A stretch of 64,000 nt of DNA from an uncultured Oxalobacteraceae bacterium (GCA_965650885.1 CBFGQI010000009.1:185-64184), one strand, 5' to 3'; shown: positions 31,878 to 41,591, counted from the stretch's first letter. The notes: a model not told the origin generated them from the letters alone. Numbers and translations: made by a program.

Positions 31878-34544
31878 ATGAAAAACTTTCCGCAAGAGAT
31901 GAGCCACGCCTCGGGCGCCACCTTGGCGCTGGAACCGACCCGCATCCTGATTGCGCTCAAACAGCCGAAAGAGCGTAGCACCGTTGAGCAGTTCCTGCAT
32001 AGCCAGGAACTGTTCCTGGAAGATGAGGCGGATGAAGGCATGGTGCCGGGCGAACGCGTCAACCACACCAGGACGCGCTACTTCGTGCAATCGCGCCGCC
32101 CGCTGGACGATGGCCGCCTGGCCAAGCTGGAGGAAGCCGGCGCTCAATTGGGCCTGGACTGGATCGGCCCCGTCTACCGCCATGCCGGACAGCGCGGTCG
32201 CCGGGCACTGATGGCGCCCCTGCCCCACGTGGCCCTGATCAAGCTGCGCCAACCGCGCGACGCCGCCGTCACGCTGCCCGAAGGCCTGGGCGCCAAGGGC
32301 GCGGCCGAGCCGATGATCCAGGAAGTGCCGGAAAAATCGCGCTACCTGAACGGCCACCGCTACTTCCAGATTTCCAACGTCAAGGAAATCAACGCGTACC
32401 AGTTGCGCGAGCGCCTGCGCCAGATCCCCAATGCGCCGATCGCCGATTTCCAGTTCGAGACCATGCCGCTGCTGACGCCCACGTCGATCGCCCCCAACGA
32501 CACCCTGTTCCCGCAGCAGTGGGACATGACGCGCATCGAAGCCGGCGGCCCCGGCACCACCGGCTGGGACATCACCACCGGCGTCGCCACCGCCGTGGTC
32601 TGCGTGCTCGATGAAGGCTGCGACCTGAAACACCCCGACCTGCGCTTCCATGCGAACGGTATCAACCTCGGCACCATGAGCGGCGACGGTTCACCCACCG
32701 GCAACCACGGCACGGCCTGCGCCGGCATCGTTGCCGCCACTTACAACAATGGCACCGGCGTGACCGGCGTGGCGGGCGATGCGCGCATCCTTCCGGTGGC
32801 GTTCGACGCCTGGACCGACGTCGAAGTGGCCGCCGGCATCAACTACGCTACGGCCAACGGCGCCAGCGTGATCAGCATGAGCTTTGGCTGGAATGGCTGG
32901 AGCCCGGCCATCATCGACCCGGCCATCCAGAACGCCTTCAACAATGACCTGGTGATGTGCGTCGCCACCCACAACTACAACGGCCCGATCACCTATCCCG
33001 CGACCAACCCGCTGGTGATCGCGGTCGGCGCCTCGGACGAGATCGACAACCGCAAGACCCCGATGAGCCCTGACGGCGAACCCTGGGGCTCCAACTTCGG
33101 CCCGCAAATCTCGGTGGTGTCGCCCGGCGTGCACATCCCGACCACCGATATCCAGGGCAGCGGCGGCTATGTCCCGGGCGATTACGACCTGGTGTTCAAC
33201 GGCACCTCGTCGGCCACGCCGCACGTGGCCGGCCTGGCCGCGCTGATCCGCAGCGTCTACCCTACGCTGAGCAATGTCGAAGTGCGCGCCCATATCGAAC
33301 GGACCGCGCAAAAGGTCGGCGCGGTGGCCTACGCCGAAACGGCCGGCAAGTCCAACGGCACCTGGAACCAGGAAATGGGCTACGGCCGCATCAACGTCTT
33401 CCGCGCGCTCGATGAAGCCGACGTGATGATCAAGGATGCCCCGGCCGATAGCGGCGCCGAGCCTTTCACCGGCGGCAATTTCTGGGACTTCTCCGACATC
33501 GTGGTGCGCATCAACGACGACAACGTGTTCGTGCCCGGCGACCCGCTGCAATCGAAGAACGTCGAACGCGGTCAGGCCAACTACATCTATGTGCGCGTGA
33601 CCAACAAGGGCGCGCGCGACGCCCGCAACGTGACGGTCAGCACGCGCATCACGCCCTATGTCGGGCTGCAATTCGTCTATCCGCCCGACTGGACCCAGGT
33701 GGACGCCATGCACGTCAGTCCGACCGGCATTACCACCAGCTTCGCCAGCGTCCCGGCAGGCGGCACGGCGATGGCCAAGTTCCGCATCGAGGCGGCCCAG
33801 GTCGAAACCCTGTACGGCTGGCAGACCGACCACCCGTGGCACCCTTGCCTGCTGGCGGTGGTCAATGCCGACAACGACTACGCCTTTGCCACCGCGCCTC
33901 TGAGCGGCGACCCGATCAGCGCGCGCCGCAACAACTTGGCCCAGCGCAACCTGACGGTAATCGACGTGCTGGCGGGCGCACACGCCAGCTTCCCCTTCGT
34001 GGCCGCCAGCCGCTACAACCGCGAAACCCGCATGACGCTGGTGATCGACCGCAGCCACCTGCCGGCCGACATGCCGCTCACGCTGTCGCTGGACGATGAC
34101 GGCGCAGCCTTCCCAGCCATCGACTTTGGCAACCAGTCCGACCCGTTGCCCGGCCAGCCCCATGGCGACGAAGACATGATGAAGGATTGCGGCCTGGTGT
34201 TCCTCGATGACACGCGCGTCAAGACCCGCTTTGGCTGCTGCTGCGGCATCCTGACCCTGGCCAAGGGCTCGCACTTCGATTGCCTGCCGCACCACAAGCT
34301 CGGCGAAGTGACGGTGGAAGCCGGCGATGTGGTGCTGCGCGGCGGCAAACGCTATGTCGACATCACCCGCTCGGTGGTCAAGGTCACGATGGAGAAGCAG
34401 CCAGCCATGATGTACCCGCTCGCGCTGCGCACCACCATTCCGTCCGCCGCGGCGCAGGGAGAGCAGTACCAGGTCAACGTGGCCCAGTTGAACGCCCAGG
34501 GAACGCCGGTCGGCGGCGCTTCCATGGTCTGCCACCTCGCCTGA
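31878..34544 (+). CDS. S8 (subtilisin-like) serine peptidase, no recognisable signal peptide, large C-terminal extension
   Basis: Catalytic triad motifs VCVLDEGCD, HGTACAGIVAA and GTSSATPHVAGLAAL. AGGAGA RBS. ~230-aa N-terminal region and ~380-aa C-terminal region. Confidence 0.9.
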   Translation: MKNFPQEMSHASGATLALEPTRILIALKQPKERSTVEQFLHSQELFLEDEADEGMVPGERVNHTRTRYFVQSRRPLDDGRLAKLEEAGAQLGLDWIGPVYRHAGQRGRRALMAPLPHVALIKLRQPRDAAVTLPEGLGAKGAAEPMIQEVPEKSRYLNGHRYFQISNVKEINAYQLRERLRQIPNAPIADFQFETMPLLTPTSIAPNDTLFPQQWDMTRIEAGGPGTTGWDITTGVATAVVCVLDEGCDLKHPDLRFHANGINLGTMSGDGSPTGNHGTACAGIVAATYNNGTGVTGVAGDARILPVAFDAWTDVEVAAGINYATANGASVISMSFGWNGWSPAIIDPAIQNAFNNDLVMCVATHNYNGPITYPATNPLVIAVGASDEIDNRKTPMSPDGEPWGSNFGPQISVVSPGVHIPTTDIQGSGGYVPGDYDLVFNGTSSATPHVAGLAALIRSVYPTLSNVEVRAHIERTAQKVGAVAYAETAGKSNGTWNQEMGYGRINVFRALDEADVMIKDAPADSGAEPFTGGNFWDFSDIVVRINDDNVFVPGDPLQSKNVERGQANYIYVRVTNKGARDARNVTVSTRITPYVGLQFVYPPDWTQVDAMHVSPTGITTSFASVPAGGTAMAKFRIEAAQVETLYGWQTDHPWHPCLLAVVNADNDYAFATAPLSGDPISARRNNLAQRNLTVIDVLAGAHASFPFVAASRYNRETRMTLVIDRSHLPADMPLTLSLDDDGAAFPAIDFGNQSDPLPGQPHGDEDMMKDCGLVFLDDTRVKTRFGCCCGILTLAKGSHFDCLPHHKLGEVTVEAGDVVLRGGKRYVDITRSVVKVTMEKQPAMMYPLALRTTIPSAAAQGEQYQVNVAQLNAQGTPVGGASMVCHLA

Positions 34545-34559
34545 GCGGGCAGCCCGGCG

Positions 34560-34817
34560 TCAGGCCCGCAGTTGGCGGTCGGCCGCCGTCTGCGGGCCGC
34601 GGTGGCGGCTTGGGTGGAATTGCCGCTGCGGCGCTTCGACGATGCCGTCATCGCTGTCCAGCAGGTTGACCAGCGATGCCAGCACCACTTTCTCGTCCGG
34701 CGAGTCCGCCTGCAGCACCAGGTCGCGCGCAATGTCGCGCAGGCGCCACTGCAGTTCCCGGCTCGCCACATCCTTTTCGAACAGCAGGCGCGCATCGGAT
34801 GCGGCACCGAACGCCAT
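34560..34817 (-). CDS. Hypothetical small protein or gene remnant
   Basis: 85-aa ORF from an ATG. The frame stays open with protein-like sequence for 36 further codons upstream (to 34926) but contains no ATG/GTG/TTG start. Confidence 0.3.
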   Translation of the reverse strand: MAFGAASDARLLFEKDVASRELQWRLRDIARDLVLQADSPDEKVVLASLVNLLDSDDGIVEAPQRQFHPSRHRGPQTAADRQLRA

Positions 34818-35104
34818 CGGTTGCAGGTAGGCGTCCAGTCCGGTGCTGACGAAGGCGCGCAGCAGCTTGCGGGTGCGCTCGGACTTCGCGGCCGGACCAT
34901 CGAGCAGCCGTTCGTTCGCACAGGGCGCGCGTCACAAGCGTTCCTCTGGATCCGTGACAGGTAATCCAGTTATCGGTGAAACACTTTTCTTGCGTCCGCC
35001 CGGCCCGGTTTCGCGACACGAAACACGGCCTTCATCGCAAACACATGGCAGTGGCAGCGCCCGCTCCCTAATCTTTCCGCATTCACAACCACCTGGAGCA
35101 AACC

Positions 35105-35752
35105 ATGAACCACACCTTCCTGGCGCTGGCCATCGCACTCGCCTTCGGCTGCCTCCCTGCCGCGCAGGCATCGGACACCAGCTCTGCCTTCAGCGCGGCG
35201 CGCCAGCAGTTCATCGCGGCCTCCGCCGGCGACACGTCGGCGCGCGACGCCGCCATCGAATCGTTCGGCAAGCTGGCCGGCGCCCAGCCCGGCAACCCGC
35301 TCTTCCTGGCCTACCAGGGCGCCGGTATTGCGCTCCAGGGCCGCGACGCCATGATGCCGTGGAATAAGCTGAAGTTCGCGGAACAGGGCGCCGACATGGT
35401 GGAGAAAGCGCTGGCCTTGCTGGCCGCCGAACATGACAGCCTGCTGCTGAACGGGACCCCGGCCAGCATCGAAACCCGCCTGGTCGCGGCCAATACCCTG
35501 CTTGCCCTGCCCGAGTTCATGAACCGCCGCCCGGGCGGCAAGCGCGCACTGCAAGCCGCGCTCGATTCGCCCGCCCTGGCGCAGTCGCCGGCGCCGGTGC
35601 GTGCCAGCGTGTTTACCGTCGCCGCCCGGGTCGCCGCCGAAGAGAAGCGCAGCGGCGACGAAATCGGCTACCTGCGCCAGGTGATCGCCACCCAGTCCGG
35701 CACGCCGCACGTCGCAAAGGCCGCGGCGCGCCTGAAGGAGATCGGCCAATGA
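35105..35752 (+). CDS. Secreted helical hypothetical protein (first gene of the ABC/FtsX cluster)
   Basis: Signal peptide (LALAIALAFGCLPAAQA). Its stop overlaps the next start (35749-35752). Confidence 0.55.
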   Translation: MNHTFLALAIALAFGCLPAAQASDTSSAFSAARQQFIAASAGDTSARDAAIESFGKLAGAQPGNPLFLAYQGAGIALQGRDAMMPWNKLKFAEQGADMVEKALALLAAEHDSLLLNGTPASIETRLVAANTLLALPEFMNRRPGGKRALQAALDSPALAQSPAPVRASVFTVAARVAAEEKRSGDEIGYLRQVIATQSGTPHVAKAAARLKEIGQ

Positions 35753-36447
35753 ACGCCGCCGAACCCCTGCTGTCGCTGCATGGCGCCAGCAAGTCTTACG
35801 CGCTGGGCGGCAATGTGATCCGCGCCCTGCAATCGGTGGACCTGGCACTGGCGCGCGGCGAGATCGCCGCCGTCACCGGGCCGTCCGGCAGCGGCAAGAG
35901 TACCCTGCTTAACCTGTGCGGCCTGCTGGACAAAGCCGATGGCGGCGAGCTGCTGTTCGATGGCGAACCGCTGCCGGCCGGGGACGAGGCGCGCCGCACC
36001 AGCTTGCGCCGCCAGGCCATCGGCTTCGTCTTCCAGGGGTTCAACCTGGTGCCGGTGATGACGGCGCATGACAACGTCGACTATCCCTTGTACCTGCTGG
36101 GGGTGCCGCCGGCCGAACGACGCCAGCGTGTGCAGGAAGCGCTGGCGCGTGTCGGCCTGCAGGGGCTGGGTGGCCATAAGCCGGACCAGTTGTCCGGCGG
36201 CCAGCGCCAGCGCGTGGCCATCGCTCGCGCCATCGTCAAGCGCCCCCGCTTGGTCATCGCCGACGAGCCCACCGCCAACCTCGACGCGCAGACCGCGTCC
36301 CAGATCATCGGCCTGATGCGCGCCCTGGCCCATCACGACGGCACCACCTTCCTGGTGGCCACGCACGACGACCGCATGCTGCCGCACTGCGACCGCTCGC
36401 TGATGCTGGACGATGGCGTACTCAAAGGAGCCCACCATGCGCATTGA
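35749..36447 (+). CDS. ABC transporter ATP-binding protein (LolD/MacB-type)
   Basis: Walker A (GPSGSGKST), signature (LSGGQRQR) and Walker B (LVIADEPT). Confidence 0.9.
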   Translation: MNAAEPLLSLHGASKSYALGGNVIRALQSVDLALARGEIAAVTGPSGSGKSTLLNLCGLLDKADGGELLFDGEPLPAGDEARRTSLRRQAIGFVFQGFNLVPVMTAHDNVDYPLYLLGVPPAERRQRVQEALARVGLQGLGGHKPDQLSGGQRQRVAIARAIVKRPRLVIADEPTANLDAQTASQIIGLMRALAHHDGTTFLVATHDDRMLPHCDRSLMLDDGVLKGAHHAH

Positions 36448-37678
36448 TTTCAAATGGCTGTCACTGGCGTGCCGCAACACCATGCGCAACCGGCGCCGGT
36501 CCCTGGTCACGCTGGCGATCGCCGCCACCGGCACGGCCGCGGCGCTGCTGGGCGGCGGCTTTGCCTTGTACACCTATGAATCGTTGGCGCAGGCCAGCGC
36601 GCGCGACACCGGCCACCTGGTACTGGCCGCGCCCGGTCAGTTCGACGGTACCGACAGCATGCCGCTCGAACACGGCCTGTCCGGCCGGGCCGGCCTCACG
36701 CGCGAACTGCTGGCACACCCGCGCGTGACACGCGTGCTGCCCCGCCTGCAGTTCTCCGGCTTGATCAGCAATGGCGACAAGAGCGAGATCTTCCTCGGCA
36801 CCGGCGTCGATGCGCGCCAGGAATTCCTCGTCAAAGGCCCCTTCATGAAACTTGAACAAGGCAGCCTGCTGGAGGGCGATAGCACACAGCCCGCACAGCG
36901 CGGCACCGGCATCGTCCTGGGCAAAGGCCTGGCGCGCATCCTGAACGCGAAACCGGGCAGCGACCTGACGCTGATGTCAACCACCACCGCCGGCAGCCTG
37001 AATGCTGTCGACGTGACCGTGACGGGCATCGTCAGCAGCGGCATTGCCGACATCGACAAGCGCCTCGCCATGGTGGACCTTGCGACCGCTCAGGCATTGC
37101 TGGTGACGGACAAGGTCAGCTACCTGAGCGTCTATCTTGACGACCTCGAACACAGCGAAGCCGTTGGCGCCGCCTGGAAAGCGCAATACGCCGGCAAGCT
37201 TGAAATCCGCACCTGGCTCCAACAAGCCGTGTTCTACCAGAGCGTAAAGGGCTTGTACGACCGCATCTTCGGCTTCCTCGGCGTGATCGTACTGGTGATC
37301 GTGCTGTTCGCCATCACCAACACGCTGTCGATGGCCGTGCTGGAACGTACCCGCGAAATCGGCACCCTGCGCGCGATGGGCACTACACCCGGCGAAGTCG
37401 CCCGCCTGTTCACGCTGGAAGGCCTGGTGCTGGGCGGCGGCGGCGCACTGCTTGGCATGGCGCTGGCGGCTGGCGTGGCGATGGCATTGCTGGTGCTGGG
37501 GATCCAGATGCCGCCGCCACCGGGACGCACTGGCGGCTACCCGCTGGTGGTCGTGGTCTCGCCTGCCATGTACGCCTGCGCCGGGCTGGCAGTGACCGTG
37601 CTCGCCGCCCTGGCTTCGCTGCTCGTCAGCCGCAAGGCTGCCAACCAATCCGTTGTGGAGGCACTCGCCCATGTTTAA
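36437..37678 (+). CDS. ABC transporter permease, FtsX/MacB-like
   Basis: TM1, a large periplasmic domain and three C-terminal TM segments. AAAGGAG RBS. Overlaps the ATPase gene. Confidence 0.85.
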   Translation: MRIDFKWLSLACRNTMRNRRRSLVTLAIAATGTAAALLGGGFALYTYESLAQASARDTGHLVLAAPGQFDGTDSMPLEHGLSGRAGLTRELLAHPRVTRVLPRLQFSGLISNGDKSEIFLGTGVDARQEFLVKGPFMKLEQGSLLEGDSTQPAQRGTGIVLGKGLARILNAKPGSDLTLMSTTTAGSLNAVDVTVTGIVSSGIADIDKRLAMVDLATAQALLVTDKVSYLSVYLDDLEHSEAVGAAWKAQYAGKLEIRTWLQQAVFYQSVKGLYDRIFGFLGVIVLVIVLFAITNTLSMAVLERTREIGTLRAMGTTPGEVARLFTLEGLVLGGGGALLGMALAAGVAMALLVLGIQMPPPPGRTGGYPLVVVVSPAMYACAGLAVTVLAALASLLVSRKAANQSVVEALAHV

Positions 37679-38375
37679 GACTTTGATCGCCGGCGCGCTG
37701 GCGCTTGCCGCGGGTGGCGCCGCGTCCCAGGACGTGGAGACCATCCTGCGCAAGGCCGATTCCTACCGGCTGCGCGATGCATCTTCCCAGGTCGACACCC
37801 TGGTGCAAACCTTCAAGGACGGCAAGCAGGATAAGGAAAAGCGCTACCAGGTGCTGATCCGCCCCGGCGGCAAGGCCCTGATCCTGTTCCGCTCCCCCGG
37901 CGAGGCCGGACAGAAGGTACTGATGTCCGGCGACGATTTCTGGATGCTGCTGCCGGGCAGCGCGCGGCCGATCCGCATCACGCCGCTGCAGAAACTGCTG
38001 GGCGACGCCGCGACCGGCGACATCGCCAACATGTCCTGGTCCGGCGACTACCAGGGCCGCGTCGCACGCGAAGCCGAGATCGACGGCGTTGCCTGTCTCG
38101 AACTGGAATTGACTGCCACGCGCAAGACCCTGAGCTACCAGCGCGTGGTGCTGCACGTCGCGAAAGCGGACTACCGGCCGGTGCATGCGGACCTGTACGC
38201 CACGTCCAACAAACGCCTCAAGCAGGCACGCTTCAGCCAGGACCGCATGGTGCTCGTGGACGAAATCAATACCGGGCGAGAAACCGTCGTCACAACGCTC
38301 GCGGCCAGGCCGCGCCAGTTCGGCGACGAATTGTTCAACCCCATGTACCTGAGCCGCTCCAATGCAGCACCGTAA
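37671..38375 (+). CDS. Outer-membrane lipoprotein-sorting (LolA-like) family protein
   Basis: Signal peptide and the motif GQKVLMSGDDFWMLLPGSARPIRI typical of the LolA-like family. Confidence 0.7.
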   Translation: MFKTLIAGALALAAGGAASQDVETILRKADSYRLRDASSQVDTLVQTFKDGKQDKEKRYQVLIRPGGKALILFRSPGEAGQKVLMSGDDFWMLLPGSARPIRITPLQKLLGDAATGDIANMSWSGDYQGRVAREAEIDGVACLELELTATRKTLSYQRVVLHVAKADYRPVHADLYATSNKRLKQARFSQDRMVLVDEINTGRETVVTTLAARPRQFGDELFNPMYLSRSNAAP

Positions 38376-39327
38376 GCAGGCCACACTGGCTTTGTCCATC
38401 GCCGCCGCAGCCGCGGCCCCCGGCGCCGCGCCGGCGGCGGACCTCGTCGCCAACGTCCGCGCCCAGTTGGGCACCCAATCCCTGCAGGCCGGCGAGCTAC
38501 GCTGGCAGGACGGGCCATTGCGCGCGGTCCTGACCGCAACCCGCGTCGACGGCGGCGAGTTGCGCCTGCGCGCCAACGAACTGGCCATCGACCACGCATT
38601 GGCCGGCGGCTTCCTGACGGCCGGAAAAAAGGTGATGGGCTGGGACGTCGGCTACGCCTTCCGCCCGCTCGACGTGGTGCAGCGTGAAGACCGCCGCGCC
38701 CTGAACCCGCTGGCCCTGGACGGCATCCCCATGCTCGCCTGGGAACGCTTCGACGCCGACAGCGCAACCACCGTCGTATGGGCCAACCCCGGCCGCGGCC
38801 GGGCCGACGCCACCGCACGCCAGCGCAATGACGAGGCCATCGCCATCCGCCATTACCGCCAGCGAGGCGCACGCGACGAATATGCCGTGCTGCGGCTGTC
38901 CGACCGCAATGGCATCGAAGCCGGCGCATCGTTCTCGCAAGTGGCCGGCGCCGGCCTGGAACTGCACGCCTCCCTGCTCTGGCAGCAGCGCCCGCGGCAC
39001 GGCGGCAAGGCACTCGCCGGATTCACCTGGACCACGGAAAGCAAGTTCTCGGTCGTGGGCGAAGCCTGGACCGACCGCAGCGCCGCGCCCGGCCAGCAAC
39101 GCAACCGCATGCTGCGCGCATCCCAGTATTTCGACGACGTGGAAGTGTCGGCCGACATGCTTTGGCAGCCACGCAGCGGTCCGCTCGCCGGCAGCCGCAT
39201 CGCCACCATCTCGGCCGGCTGGAAGAGCGGTCCCTGGATGGTGGCCGCCAGCTATCGCCACTACGGCGGCCTGGCCGGCCGCTACGCGCGACATGTCGCG
39301 CTGGCCAGCATCCAGCGCGGATTCTGA
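38362..39327 (+). CDS. Hypothetical secreted protein, probable outer-membrane beta-barrel
   Basis: Signal peptide (LALSIAAAAAAPGAAPAA), alternating beta-strand-like pattern and a C-terminal aromatic residue (QRGF). Confidence 0.5.
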   Translation: MQHRKQATLALSIAAAAAAPGAAPAADLVANVRAQLGTQSLQAGELRWQDGPLRAVLTATRVDGGELRLRANELAIDHALAGGFLTAGKKVMGWDVGYAFRPLDVVQREDRRALNPLALDGIPMLAWERFDADSATTVVWANPGRGRADATARQRNDEAIAIRHYRQRGARDEYAVLRLSDRNGIEAGASFSQVAGAGLELHASLLWQQRPRHGGKALAGFTWTTESKFSVVGEAWTDRSAAPGQQRNRMLRASQYFDDVEVSADMLWQPRSGPLAGSRIATISAGWKSGPWMVAASYRHYGGLAGRYARHVALASIQRGF

Positions 39328-39328
39328 A

Positions 39329-40111
39329 TCACATTTGGCGGAACAGGTGGGCGTACAGCGGAGAGACGCGCAACCTCTCCGGACGGCCGCGCAAGACCAG
39401 CGACAACTTGCCGCCCTCCTCCCGCATGGCGCTCAGCACGCAGGAAGCATTGACGATGGTGCCGCGATGCACCTGCCAGAATGCCTGCCCATCGAGCTGC
39501 GGCAGCAATTCCTTCAGGCTCATGCGGATCAGCACCTCGCTGTCGGCCGTCACCACGTTTACGTACTTGTCGGCCGCCTCGAAGTACACCACGTCGGCCA
39601 CCGGCACCATGCGCACCTGGTTGCCCACGGCGGCGCGGATCACCGTCAAGCGCTGCGCCACCGGCGCGGCCGTCGGCACACCCAGCGCGCGCAGTTGCGC
39701 CGCCAGCGCTTCCAGCCCGCCACCGGGCTTGTCCTGCAAACGCTGGCGCAGGCGGGCCACGGTGCGGCCCAGGCGCTCATCGCTGACAGGCTTCAGGACA
39801 TAATCGGCCGCCTCCTGGTCGAATGCCTGCACCGCGAATTCATCGTAGGCCGTTACGAACACGATCTGCGGGAATGGCGCCGGCCCGCTCCAGGCATCGG
39901 CCAGTTCTTCGGCCACCTCAAGCCCCGACTTGCCAGGCATTTTGATGTCGAGGAACAGGACCTGCGGCTGCAAGGCCGCGGCCTGCGCCAACGCCTCGAC
40001 GCCATTGCCGCAGTTCGCGACGATCGATAGTTCGGGCCATTGGCGCCGCAATGCGGCCTCCAGGGTGGCAGCCAGGATTGGCTCGTCTTCAGCAATCAGT
40101 GCGGTTGTCAT
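39329..40111 (-). CDS. LytTR/AlgR-family response regulator
   Basis: Receiver domain (LIAEDEP ... FLDIKMPG) plus a LytTR DNA-binding C-terminus. ATGA overlap with the kinase gene. Confidence 0.9.
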   Translation of the reverse strand: MTTALIAEDEPILAATLEAALRRQWPELSIVANCGNGVEALAQAAALQPQVLFLDIKMPGKSGLEVAEELADAWSGPAPFPQIVFVTAYDEFAVQAFDQEAADYVLKPVSDERLGRTVARLRQRLQDKPGGGLEALAAQLRALGVPTAAPVAQRLTVIRAAVGNQVRMVPVADVVYFEAADKYVNVVTADSEVLIRMSLKELLPQLDGQAFWQVHRGTIVNASCVLSAMREEGGKLSLVLRGRPERLRVSPLYAHLFRQM

Positions 40112-41199
40112 GGCAGATGGATACGTGCAGTTGCGCCCTGTGGCGCGGCTTCAAGCGACAAGGAGGCAAGCCCGCCATACAAGGCATTCAAGCGCTCCCG
40201 CACATTGGCAAGACCGAGGCCGGTACCGGGTTTGCCGGGACCGGCGTCCAGTCCGCGCCCCGTGTCGGACACCAGCAATTCCAGCCCGCTGCCGGCTGCG
40301 CGCGCAGCCACCAGGACGTGGCCGCCACCCAGGTTGGGCTCCACGCCATGGGCAATGGCATTCTCGACCAACGGCTGCAGCAGCATGGGCGGCAACTCAC
40401 GGTTGCGCAAATCGTCCGGCAACTCCAGCGCGAAGCTCAGGCGCGCGCCCATGCGCACCGACATCAGGCCAAGGTAAGCCTCCAGCAGCGCGAATTCCTG
40501 GCCCAGCGTGGTGCGTTCGGCACGCGCCGCGCTCAGGGTCGCACGCAGGTAGACGATCAACTGGTCCAGCATGGCCTGGGCGCGTGCCGGGTCCAGTGCG
40601 ATCAAGCCCTGCAGGTTGGCCAAGGTGTTGAACAGCATGTGCGGCTCGATCTGCGCCTGCAACAATTGCAGCTGCGCCTGCAGCGCCTGGCGCTCGACGG
40701 CTTCCGCCCGCGCTTTCTCCACGGCCGCTTCGGCACGTGCCTGCGACAGCCGGTCGCGGCCGGCGAAAAACACGGTCGCCGCGCCTGTCGCGAACACCGT
40801 GAACAGCAAGGCGCTGCGCCCGCGGTCACCACCGATCGCCCGCATGATGTTGGTCTCGACGCCCATCAGCCATCCCGCCAGCTTGGAGCCCAGGAACACG
40901 CCCGCGACCACGGCGACCGCCATCACCGGCACGAAGAACAGCCATCTGAACTTGTCCCGCTCGCCCAAAAGCGTAAAGCGCGCGAGGTCGATCAGCAGCC
41001 AGGTGATGGTGCCGATGCACATCGACACCAGCAGGTTCGGTCCGAAATTGCGCCCGCCGCCGAACACGAAAGTGATCAGGATGGCGCACAGCACATTGAA
41101 CACCGCCACATACATGCCGTCGATGGCGAGGCGGCGCAAGGGAAAGCGGGAAAGGATTATCTGCATGGCAAGCATTTTCGCCCTACGGGCGCCTGCCAT
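40108..41199 (-). CDS. Membrane sensor histidine kinase of the LytS/AlgZ (His_kinase) type
   Basis: N-terminal TM bundle, H-box (QIEPHMLFNTLANL) and HATPase motifs (LVENAIAHG, DTGRG, GLGLANV). Alternative ATGs at 41175 and 41166. Confidence 0.85.
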   Translation of the reverse strand: MAGARRAKMLAMQIILSRFPLRRLAIDGMYVAVFNVLCAILITFVFGGGRNFGPNLLVSMCIGTITWLLIDLARFTLLGERDKFRWLFFVPVMAVAVVAGVFLGSKLAGWLMGVETNIMRAIGGDRGRSALLFTVFATGAATVFFAGRDRLSQARAEAAVEKARAEAVERQALQAQLQLLQAQIEPHMLFNTLANLQGLIALDPARAQAMLDQLIVYLRATLSAARAERTTLGQEFALLEAYLGLMSVRMGARLSFALELPDDLRNRELPPMLLQPLVENAIAHGVEPNLGGGHVLVAARAAGSGLELLVSDTGRGLDAGPGKPGTGLGLANVRERLNALYGGLASLSLEAAPQGATARIHLP

Positions 41200-41243
41200 G
41201 CAATGCCTTTGCGACGAAACCGCGCCAAAACGGCGCCAAAGCC

Positions 41244-41444
41244 TTAAGCCAGGGCTTCCCTGGCCGCTTCTTCCGGCGTCAAGCCGTCATAGAACAGGTC
41301 CGTGAACCACTCCACCTGCTCCTCGATATGGTCCTGGGCTTCCTTTTGCGTGGCGCCGCCCTTGACCAGCCAGCCCTCCACCTCGATGCACCACTGGATC
41401 AGTTCCAGGGTTTCCGGATCGAGTTCTTCTTTCTTCTTCGCCAT
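41244..41444 (-). CDS. Small acidic hypothetical protein (66 aa)
   Basis: GGAGGA RBS. ORF lies immediately downstream of the tRNA-Asn copy 2 terminator. Confidence 0.45.
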   Translation of the reverse strand: MAKKKEELDPETLELIQWCIEVEGWLVKGGATQKEAQDHIEEQVEWFTDLFYDGLTPEEAAREALA

Positions 41445-41464
41445 GGCATCCTCCCGCGCAAAGC

Positions 41465-41496
41465 AAAAAGCCCAACCACGGAGGGCTGGGCTTTTT
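41465..41496. terminator. Bidirectional intrinsic terminator hairpin, tRNA-Asn module copy 2
   Basis: aaaaagcccaacc-acgga-gggctgggcttttt. Same stem as copies 1 and 3 with a different loop. Confidence 0.7.
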
Positions 41497-41504
41497 ATTG
41501 ATTC

Positions 41505-41580
41505 TGGCTCCCCGACCTGGACTCGAACCAGGGACCTGCGGATTAACAGTCCGTCGCTCTACCGACTGAGCTATCGGGGA
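41505..41580 (-). tRNA. tRNA-Asn (anticodon GTT), copy 2
   Basis: Identical to copy 1 except position 5 (C instead of T), which turns the 5:68 U-G wobble into C-G. Confidence 0.95.
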
Positions 41581-41591
41581 AAGGAGGCAGA

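Noticed and set aside
31878-34544. S8 protease as part of an IetAS-like (ATPase plus subtilase) defence pair
   Set aside because: No ATPase gene is adjacent. Neighbours are a divergent secreted cupin and a start-less remnant, so the two-gene signature is absent.
34352-34921. 189-aa minus-strand ORF overlapping the 3' end of the S8 gene
   Set aside because: It starts at a GTG, overlaps the well-supported S8 coding region in antisense, and is Cys/Arg/Ala-rich with no motifs.
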